From positions 47,196 to 67,195 of the forward strand of contig LT635913.1 of the NCBI GenBank assembly GCA_900128565.1: a stretch of 20,000 nt of DNA, given 5' to 3'. The notes under the pieces were generated by a model. That model saw nothing but the letters and a program-made list of their open reading frames with translations. It searched no databases and had not been told where the DNA came from. The stretch comes from Stramenopiles sp. TOSAG23-6 (lineage: Eukaryota). The position numbers and the translations under genes are program-made. Positions 11,159-19,946 of the stretch are shown here, in pieces. Numbering within the stretch: the stretch's first letter is position 1; every line of letters starts with the position of its first letter.

Positions 11159-12607
11159 TCATTTCATATCCGTTAGTATTCTATTTATATAATTCATCAT
11201 TTTCCGAAGACTTCTGCGACTGGATTTTTTTCGCGGTTCAAGGTTATCTTCCAACTCATTTTTGATGAATTTTAGTTTTTTATTTAACCAATCTGTAGAC
11301 GCACCACGCCATTCCGAATGAGAAGAACAGTATAACAATAAACCTGAGTTTTTGTTATTTTTATAATTTTTCATGGTAGAGACAGTAGACGTTGACGCAG
11401 CTGCATTCAAACAACCATTACAAAGTAAAACTAATGACCGACATAACTCACAACGACCTGTGTGTCTATCATAAGTTTCATTGGGAAACGCACAATATTC
11501 ACATTTTCCAATTATAGTGGGTTTCTTCTGGATCTGTTGATGCCTTTTTCTCTTTTTTGTGGTATCAGATGAAATATTATCTACACAATCGTTTGATACT
11601 GGACGTGCAATACCACGCCCATCAAATGTGAAATTACTGCCGCGGAAAAGACCATGTTGCCATATTTCTTTTTCTTCGACACTTTCATCTTTTTCGTTGC
11701 ATTCATGTTGACAATTTTCTATTTTTTTTTGATTTTTTGTTTTTTTCTCACAGATTTTTTTATCCGTACCATTACCTTTTACACGATTACATGCGAATGA
11801 TTCTAAATATCGATGAATTCCACCCTTAAGCTGAAACACATCTTCTACGCCGTGTCTTTTCATAAGAGCAGAGGCTGTCTCACAACGGATGCCACCTGTA
11901 CAATACATTGCTACTCTTTTATTCTTCAAGTTTAATTTAGAAGCATTTTCATCTAACCATTGAGGAAATGCAGCAAAATTTCGCGTGTTTGGTAAAATTA
12001 CTTCTGCGCCTTTTGCCTTTGCGGTGTCCCCAACAGAAAAGTTACCTATACGCCATTCGTATGGATTTCTACAATCTATTACACATAATGGTTTTTTACT
12101 TGAATTTGTGCCAAAATTCGTATCTAATGGTTGATGAAGATTTGTTTCATTAGAAAATTTGAAATCTCCTGTATCTAATAGAGAATGCCACTCTTGAGGG
12201 GACAAATGAATACCGGCAGTGTTACTTTTCAAATCAATAGGGGTTTGCATTCCGAGAGAGCATATTTCTTTGACAACTCGACATCGTAACTTTTTACCCT
12301 CAAAATGCACTGAAGCATCAGGTCCATCACTTTCACTGAGTTTCCAATCAATATTAGTTGATTCAAATAAGGACATATCTTCTGTTTGTCTCATGTACTC
12401 ATATATATTCGCTGAAGTTCCACCAACTGTACCATTTATACCCCGACGACTAATCCGAATACGCCCAGCTAAAGATAGTTTTGCACACAAAGCTGTCTGA
12501 GCTGAAGCAACTGCGGCAGGATCATTCACTTCCGTGTATAAATAATATAAACAAACTAGTCCATTTTTAATAGATTCATTTGTAATGTTCGAACAAGAAC
12601 CTGTCAT
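11159..12607 (-). CDS. TSTD2: TSTD2/TrhO(YceA)-like rhodanese-domain protein
   Basis: LYYLY, LAGRIRISRRGINGTVGG, HLSPQEW, IDCRNPYE, MYCTGGIRCE, VFQLKGGIHRYLE, C-terminal Cys cluster. Confidence 0.88.
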   Translation of the reverse strand: MTGSCSNITNESIKNGLVCLYYLYTEVNDPAAVASAQTALCAKLSLAGRIRISRRGINGTVGGTSANIYEYMRQTEDMSLFESTNIDWKLSESDGPDASVHFEGKKLRCRVVKEICSLGMQTPIDLKSNTAGIHLSPQEWHSLLDTGDFKFSNETNLHQPLDTNFGTNSSKKPLCVIDCRNPYEWRIGNFSVGDTAKAKGAEVILPNTRNFAAFPQWLDENASKLNLKNKRVAMYCTGGIRCETASALMKRHGVEDVFQLKGGIHRYLESFACNRVKGNGTDKKICEKKTKNQKKIENCQHECNEKDESVEEKEIWQHGLFRGSNFTFDGRGIARPVSNDCVDNISSDTTKKRKRHQQIQKKPTIIGKCEYCAFPNETYDRHTGRCELCRSLVLLCNGCLNAAASTSTVSTMKNYKNNKNSGLLLYCSSHSEWRGASTDWLNKKLKFIKNELEDNLEPRKKSSRRSLRKMMNYINRILTDMK

Positions 12608-12969
12608 TACTAAAACTAATACGTAATAATTTAATAAAGTCCAAAGCTGCTTGCGTGTGAAAAATCTTCTTGATTGACTTGTCGTGCTGAATTCTTCTTC
12701 AGATGGCCTTCAGATGATTTGATTTTGATTTATTTCGTGTGTGTCAATAAAACGGTTAAATAACGGCTGGACAGTAGTATATATTATTGGCTACAGGGTA
12801 CCCCTACACTACTGCTGTAGTACACGTAGGCACCGCATTACTTCTACTACTGATACAAGAACTATTACAAAACGCACATTAAATTTACAATATATCTCTA
12901 GCTAAAACGCCCATATAGCATTAGATTGAGATTATTTTGCAGAAACTTTACGTTTGATATTTTACATAA

Positions 12970-13524
12970 ATGTCAAAGTTTGGGTCACACACGAAAAACG
13001 CATTTCCTTTAGATACACCGTCTGTATTCTATGTCGTTGGTGCTACATCACACGATCCTCTACATCCTCCGGAATATGCCATGACAATGATACCAAATAA
13101 TATAGGTACAAAGTCATCAGTATCAAAACAGAATACTATGAAAAAACAATCTCAAACAAGTGGGAAATTCTGGTCAACTACTGGTGGCTTTCCACAGGAA
13201 ATTATCTTAGAGACTGAGGAGTTATGCAAAGTGCACTCATTGAAACTTGCCACAACAGGTGCTGCTTACTTAACTATACGGTTATATCCTGAATCTCATA
13301 ATTGTAATGAGGTAGCGATGAGTGTTGTCACTCTTGAGAAATCAGAGCCCTTCAATGTCGGATTCCCTCGTCTACAACGTAAAATAGTTCACTTTTCAGA
13401 CCAACCACCTTGCCGTAGAATTAAAATAGTAATAGAAAAAGTATACAATCAATTTGCGACATTGAGTGATGTACACGTAAATAGTTCACCAATTGAAAGT
13501 ATAGAAGAAACAGGAGTAAAATAA
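12970..13524 (+). CDS. IFT25: Intraflagellar transport protein 25 (HSPB11)-like
   Basis: ATSHDPLHPPE, FWSTTGGFPQEIIL, IKIVIEKVYNQFATLSDV. Confidence 0.75.
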   Translation: MSKFGSHTKNAFPLDTPSVFYVVGATSHDPLHPPEYAMTMIPNNIGTKSSVSKQNTMKKQSQTSGKFWSTTGGFPQEIILETEELCKVHSLKLATTGAAYLTIRLYPESHNCNEVAMSVVTLEKSEPFNVGFPRLQRKIVHFSDQPPCRRIKIVIEKVYNQFATLSDVHVNSSPIESIEETGVK

Positions 13525-13678
13525 TAAAAGGAACTATCTTTTTTAATCATATTCTACTTTTTCACTTGTAATAGCCCTAAATTCACAATAAAAACACTTA
13601 TTCAGTAAAATAGCACAGTTTTTCCGATGCTTGAAGTGTTTCGTATTACTACCACACACGCTTGTTACTCCGTTGTAC

Positions 13679-16600
13679 TTACCAAGTTGCTTCACTTGGG
13701 TATTTTCTGTTATTCGTCACTATATTTTGCCTCGCGGATTCCATGATGTTAAGCTGTTGTTTTTCCAGAGTTATCTTGCGAATCCGAGCAGCTGCTGTAC
13801 TGCCATCCCTATTTTGTTTCATTCCGCATATAGAACAACCTTTACTAGGTAAAATATGGGAAGGATTAATAAAGGTACATGTATTTTGGAAAAATATTTC
13901 AAAAACAAAAAACTTGTTAGGTACAAAATTTCGTACGAAAAATAAATTCTAAAAAAAAATAAAACATACATGTGTTACATTTCCATGGTGCATTTTGTTT
14001 TTCTGTATTATCACTATGCCAAACACTTGTTGCGCTTTTCTTCTTCGGTATACTTTTCCATGATTTTATGGAGATGTTGGAAAGATTTGCATTATTTTCA
14101 TCATTTAGATGACTTTGATATTGAAAATTCGAGGTTTGAAAATGTTCACTACTTCTGATATAATTTTCCATCATAGACGATTTTTCATTAGCTTGTATTG
14201 TAGAGGGATGACGACTATTATTAGAATTGAACGTATTCATGCCAGATGATTCGAAATTATTACTTGTTTTTTTTTGGATCGAATGACGCGGGAAACTGCA
14301 CAATTCACATTTTGTTGCATCACGATTAAAATTCTCATATGTACACATTTTACAAACCCAATCGGAGGAGGTAGAAGAAAAGGAAACCATGGAGTTACAT
14401 CTCCCATCAATTATATCTAATTCTGAATCATCATCGCGTGTATACGCTGCTTGTACTTGCTGTAATTGTTCTTCTGCGGCCGCCGCTAATGCTTTCAATT
14501 TTCTTGTTTCATCGTCAGCTTTCTTTGCGGCTATGCGATTTTCATATTCAATGCGTTCTTGTTCAATACGACGTTCTTGTTCAATACGACGTTCTTGTTC
14601 AATACGACGTTCTTCTTCAATGCGACGTTCTTCTTCAATACGACGTTCTTCTTCAATACGACGTTCNAGTTCAAGACGCTCTTGTTCAATACGTTGTTCA
14701 ATACGTTGTTGTTCAAGACGTTTCTGTTCAATATTCTGAGATAACACAAAGTCCAAAGTCTCGTTTGCAACATCTGCACATTCGCGACAAGCTGCATTAG
14801 CACAAATAACAGCAGTATAAGCAGCAGATGCCGCGTTGACACAAAAGGTCTCATTATCAAGAGAATTTGTATTATCAAACTCATTAGCAGCATTGATCAT
14901 TTGCAGAGTTCCATTTTTAAATTGGTAAGATTTTGAAGGAGTAATCATCAAAGAATTATTGGCATCATTTACTGCAGCATATTGATCATCATGAAAAGTA
15001 TTGATTACTTCATTCTGTTTAAATATATTTGTATCATCTTTCAATTCTTGTTTCGATCCTTCCAGTGAAACTGTAGCTTTATCTTGTGGTTGTCTTGTAA
15101 TAATATTTGATTCAACGGCTGTTGATTTCCATACATTTTTACTATATGTAGCAGCCTTCGGCAAAGTAGTTGCTTTCTTTCTCCATGAATCTATTTCTGA
15201 TCGTCCTACGGTTTGTTCTATAGGGTTTCTTGGAAAGTATGTATTGTGAAAAAATATTTCAAAAAAAAATGTTAGGTATAAAATTTCGTACCAAAAAAAA
15301 ACTAGATTTGAAATTCATGATGGAAATGTACATAGCGGTTTAGAAATTCTTGCAGTTGTACTAGAATGTTTCTCTCGTTGGCTAGGACGTTTGGAAGATA
15401 TAGGTGGATAATTTACATTGTTGACTCCATTCGTGTATTTCGTGTATTTTTTTTTTGTTGTTGATGTTGTACTGATTGAAGTTGTTGACGATGAGGCAGA
15501 GTTTATATCGTTCACTTTCGCTCGAGGGACCAAATTTGATTGAGATACAGTATTAGAAGTTGCTGATGTCACAGGTACATCTGGATTCCTTTGAAGAATT
15601 TCACACACCATTTCAATAGCACGAATGCATGTATTGTGAAAAATATTTTTTTTTAGTTACAAAAATCGTTAGGTACAAAATTTGGTACGAAAACAAAAAT
15701 CAGGTAGAAAAGGGATGATGGAAATGTACATGCATTAGATGATGGTCCTTTGACAACAAGTTCATTAAGACCTTTGTACATTGGTTTTGATGACTCTTGT
15801 ACAGCTAGAGAAGTACCTGCATTGTAAAAAAAATAGAAATTAGAAATTCGTTAGGTACAAAATTTTCTAGTAAAAAAAATTAAATCTAAAATTCATAATT
15901 AAAGAGTACCAGTCTCTCGCATAATACGTTTGATGTTGCAACCTGAGGTACCTATTACAGTACCACGCTCTCTTGCAGTAAGTGAATGAAATGGTATGTA
16001 GGAAGCAAACCTTTGCAAAAATTCTGTGGCTTTTGTATGAGCGGCTTGAACTGCCGTGTCTGTACCCGTTATTGTAGCGATGAAAGTTTTCCGGTCAATT
16101 GAATAAGTTGCACCTGTTTCATCTTGAATTCGTTGTATTGTCGCACCTCCAGGACCAATGAATTTAAGCATTTTTTCAAGTGAGCCAAATTCAAACGTTT
16201 TCTGTGAAGATGACATTGGGCGGGGTTTCTTTTGAGATTGTGAGTTTCGTTTGACTGGAGCAACAACAGTTTTTAATGGTACCTTACGAGCTCGTGTGTA
16301 TGAAGGAAGGACTCCACTCTTCCCCCAGGCACTCCGCACTATTCTAGGCTTAGGATGAGATTGATTTGACAAGCCACCATCATCTATATTTGATGTTGTG
16401 ATGGATTTGACTGAATCGATGTTAGATCTACAATAAGGACAACTAGCTGCCTGTTTCTTTGCTAGAAAGGTCTGACGCCAGCTAGATAAACACCCATCGC
16501 AGAATTGATGACGGCACGGTCCTATTTCCACATCAACCAGATTAACCGTACAAACAATACATATGCCTTCAGAATCACTCTCCATACAACTGTTAATTTT

Positions 16601-16738
16601 ATCATCATCCAGATATGGCTTTATTGCAGAAGAATTGAACTGAGGTGGTAAGTGATTATTGTCAGATATGCCTTCAACTTCAAGATTCATAGATGTGAAC
16701 TTTCGTCTGAAAGACAAAGGCTCAGAAAAAGTGCTCAT
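13679..16738 (-). CDS. RING finger + 2 KH + coiled-coil + 2 RanBP2-type zinc finger protein; inferred exons 16738-15910, 15816-15730, 15628-15332, 15238-13970, 13878-13679
   Basis: C3HC4 RING (CIVC..PCRHQFCDGC..CPYCR); KH1 (FIGPGGATIQRIQDETGA); KH2 (VIGTSGCNIKRIMRETG..LVVKGP..CIRAIEMVCEIL) completed across 2 introns; zinc fingers WVCKMCTYEN..CELC and WKCNTCTFIN..CSIC. Confidence 0.85.
13879..13969 (-). mobile_element. Introner-like intron D, 91 nt, GT-AT
   Basis: acat|GTATGT...TCGTACGAAATTTTGTACCTAAC...CAAAATACAT|gtacc restores WKCNTCTFIN; 7-bp direct repeat ACATGTA. Confidence 0.87.
14545..14730 (-). repeat. Coding 18-bp repeat encoding (E[Q/E]ERRI)n charged helix
   Basis: Repeated ttcaatacgacgttcttg/c units; translation RRIEEERRIEQE...; contains one N. 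Confidence 0.9.
15239..15331 (-). mobile_element. Introner-like intron E, 93 nt, GT-AT
   Basis: ctat|GTACAT...TATACCTAAC...TTCACAATACAT|acttt; contains an in-frame TGA and removal joins two same-frame ORFs. Confidence 0.78.
15629..15729 (-). mobile_element. Introner-like intron F, 101 nt, GT-AT
   Basis: gcat|GTACAT...TTTTGTACCTAAC...TTCACAATACAT|gcatt restores the KH helix NACIRAIEMV. Confidence 0.85.
15817..15909 (-). mobile_element. Introner-like intron G, 93 nt, canonical GT-AG
   Basis: actg|GTACTC...TTTTGTACCTAAC...TTTACAATGCAG|gtact restores RETGTSLAV. Confidence 0.88.
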
Positions 16739-17027
16739 GATCTTTTGAATACGCTAAGGTAATGTTGTATGTTTTCTTTGTGATGGAAATAAATCAATTT
16801 AATGAAATATTTGTGACTTTTTAATCTTTGAGAATAGTCGATGATCCCGTCGCAAATGCACACTATTCGTATTGGCCACCATTCGTTGAAAATGTCATAC
16901 ATACACTTTGAAGTCAAAAAATCCAATTTAGAACAAACACGAAATATTTCACAAAATCAGATAATTTTCAAAATTGTTTATTTTGTAATACGTTTGTTTC
17001 TATCAAGAGAAGTCGCAAATGAATAAT

Positions 17028-18923
17028 TTATTCCTTCATCGCCCGAGGAGATGTAGTGATTACGCTTAATTCAACATAAGATTTTGGCGCATTTCCTTCA
17101 GTCATAGTTTTATCAAAATGCATATTTCTTGGAGATTTTGCACTGCTTGATGACACATGTATTGTGAAAAANATATTTTTTTTTNGNTTNAAAAANTNCG
17201 TNAGGTACAAAATTTAGTATGAAAAACAATGTAGTAAAAGATTCAATTTAAAAAAACGTACAAGATTTGTCTTTGTATTTTCTGCTCTCCAAAAGAACTT
17301 TGGTGGAGTTGCACCATGATCTTCAATATGGAAAATTTCATATTGGGTAAGTAAAATTGCTATAATCCCAAGAAGTGTTGCAACAGCTAAAGTTATAAAA
17401 ATGATACTCCAGCCCCAATCACCTTGAAGAATTGGACCCACAAACATTTTGAGGAATATTGCAGAGACAAGCATAGAAATAAAATCCAAAAAACAACTCA
17501 CCAAGCCCGTTTTCCGACCACCAAATTGTACAGCAAACATTCCAGGCACTAAATAATACGACACGGAAATTCCAGCGGAGCAAACGAATATGAGAACAGT
17601 TTTCAGTATAACCAAATCTAATTTTTCTGGATCTGAAATTCCAGGAGCGGAGAGAAACGCTAGCGCAAGTAAAGCGAGTATTGAAATTACTGAAAGCCCA
17701 GCACACATTCTCATTTGGTTTCCACGAGTTAAACGACCATGTACTGTAAAAAACTATTTAAAAAATAAAATTGTTAGGTACAAAATTTCGTACGAAAAAT
17801 AAATAAATTTGAAATTCATGATGAAACCGTACATACACACGACCAAATATAGCAACACCAATAAATAAACCTGCTTGAAAAAACATACCCAGACTGGCCG
17901 CTTCGCCATCCGTGAGTAAAGCACTGTGAAAAATATTCCAAGTTGAAAATTGGTTAGGTACAAAATTTTCAATGAAAAAAAATCTGAAGTGAATGATAAA
18001 AACGAACAGGTTCGTGCCTGTATCGAAAAATAGAGAGGTACTAATTGACCCATTCTTTTTGTTAGGGTCAATAAACACATTCCAGATGTTGCTATAAGAA
18101 ATCGCCCATCTAGAAGAATAGTCATTGCAATCATAAATTCTTCAAAGATTGTCGTTTTCGAAGTGGTTGATGCCGTAGTATCGAGATTTTGTTCAGTTTT
18201 TTGTTTTTCTATCGAAGTTTTATCTGAACTTTTCACAGCTGATGATGTATTTTCATTCAAAGTATTCGATTTCTCCGTATTACCTGATTCTATATTAACT
18301 ACCACATTTGTGTCGTTTGAATCATCCTTTTTTTCTGAGGGTTTGTCATTAAGAGTAATGAACCCAACTATTGCGTTACACACTGTTATAGCAGCCGCAA
18401 TCTGGAGACAAACGCGCCAGTTAAAAGACTCCTGCAAATTACCGTAAAACACTTTAGAAAACATATCACCAGCACGACTTGACATAGAAAGAGACCAGAA
18501 AGCATCCGGAAGTTCTGCAGCAGTAAACCAACCACGAATGATTACTGCGCAAGCTGGCCATACAGGGCTTCCAAAAATTTCAAGAATCGTTGCTGACAAG
18601 ACAATATCATTCAATGAATTAGCAATCGATAACATAAATAAAACTATGGTCATCGTACATAAACCAATTGTTACACTACGAGCTCCACCCGCATAATCAA
18701 TAAAGAAACCGCTTGTTATTTTACCAAATGCCGAGCCGAGGGTTTGTGCAGCTAAAATCGTCGAACATCGCGCTTTATCAAAACCAATTTCTTTGGACAT
18801 TGCTGCATACAGAGGTGGTGGTGCATTTAAGCCCACAATAAACATAGAGTATACACCAAATAGTAAGATAGATATCCATGTTGATGTTTTCACACTTTTG
18901 TTATCTTTTTGCGAGTCCGACAT
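17028..18923 (-). CDS. Major facilitator superfamily transporter; inferred exons 18923-18008, 17918-17833, 17738-17262, 17156-17028
   Basis: GKITSGFFIDYAG (motif A-like), WPACAVIIRGWF, SRAGD, two hydrophobic halves with a central hydrophilic loop, YYLVPGMFAVQFGG. Confidence 0.85.
17157..17261 (-). mobile_element. Introner-like intron H, 105 nt, GT-AT
   Basis: ctt|GTACGT...TTTTGTACCTNAC...TTCACAATACAT|gtg joins in frame to the terminal exon; several Ns inside. Confidence 0.72.
17739..17832 (-). mobile_element. Introner-like intron I, 94 nt, GT-AT (alternative in-frame TAG 15 nt upstream)
   Basis: tat|GTACGG...TCGTACGAAATTTTGTACCTAAC...TTTACAGTACAT|ggt gives FGRVYGRLTR. Confidence 0.75.
17919..18007 (-). 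mobile_element. Introner-like intron J, 89 nt, GT-TT (boundary less certain)
   Basis: acct|GTTCGT...TTTTGTACCTAAC...TTCACAGTGCTT|tactc is needed to enter the LTDGEAASLG helix frame. Confidence 0.62.
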
Positions 18924-19232
18924 TGCAAATAAAACGATAACTAATAATGATTATAAAAGTTGACGTGTTCGTTGTATGACACGTTTGTATTGAAAGATAG
19001 TATTTTACTTTTTTGACATTTTATTTTTAACTTTTGACATTTTTATTTGGAAAAACTTATTACGTCGGGAGTATTTGGGAATTGGGGTACTACTATTTCG
19101 GGGATTTTAATCATTACAAAATATCAGATTTGAAATTTCTCTTTCTCCACGAAACATCAAAATGTGCAAAAATTACTGCCTGGAAAAGACCATGTTGCTG
19201 GCACCATAATAGCATTTGCAAAGTCGAGCTCA

Positions 19233-19946
19233 ATGTATGAAGCTACAACTTTTTCATGTATTTTATTGCTTCCTTGTTTGATTTTGGCTGCAAATATTCC
19301 ATCAAATTGGGAGAGTGATACTGAGGAATCTTTCACGTTACCGCTTGGTGGGCCAAATAAAAATGCAAAATTTGTGACTGTAGATCGCAGAAAGAATCTT
19401 TCGCCGGAAGAGTTTTACGAACAGTATGCAAAAAAAGGCATTCCTGTGGTTGTAACAGATGTTATGGAGTACTTTCCTGATGAATGGAAGAACCGTGTGC
19501 GAACAACTTTTGAAAGTATTACTATAAATGAGTTACGTAAAATTAGTCCTGACACATCTTGGGGCATAAAAGGCTCAATCGACGTTTTTGTAGTTATTGC
19601 ACGCAATATTATGATAATACGTGTTTTTATAGTATCATTATTTTTTCATTTGTAAAAAAATTGATATATTGTTTAAATTATATGGGAGATTACTACCTGA
19701 CCTTAATTTGCCTGAAAAACCTTATTTCAGTAAGTTTGACTCAGTAGATGAGTCTGCAGATATTTTTAGCCAACAACCTGGCCTGGTGTTTTGGGCACAG
19801 GAAGGGATTCCATTCGGTGGGTATGCACATATTGATGATTCATGCAATTCATCATTTTCAATGCAATTTATAGGTAACAAAAAATGGTATTTGTGGCCAC
19901 CAAATTGGCCACCAAATATAGAAAACAAAAAAGATGGAAACACGGT
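19233..19946 (+). CDS. JmjC/cupin-like dioxygenase with probable signal peptide (3' truncated)
   Basis: LSPEEFYEQYAKKGIPVVVTD, then in another frame AHIDD..SMQFIGNKKWYLWPP. The frames could be joined by a GT-AG intron at 19584-19632. Confidence 0.72.

Noticed and set aside
8386-17832. Reading the introns as U12-type AT-AC
   Set aside because: The register is possible for A, D, E, F and I, but the U12 donor RTATCCTT is absent. Copies C, G, H, J and K lack AT before GT, and canonical copy G aligns with the GT register. Not fully excluded without lariat data.
17754-17918. C-terminus of the 389-aa ORF (LYSRMAKRPVWV...)
   Set aside because: Read-through of intron J into the wrong frame; the alternative frame encodes a typical MFS helix.
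13879-18007. Stop-codon reassignment or pseudogenes explaining the broken ORFs
   Set aside because: Intronless genes end at TAA, TAG and TGA normally. Breaks coincide with the repeat inserts, some shift frame, and the flanking exons are intact.
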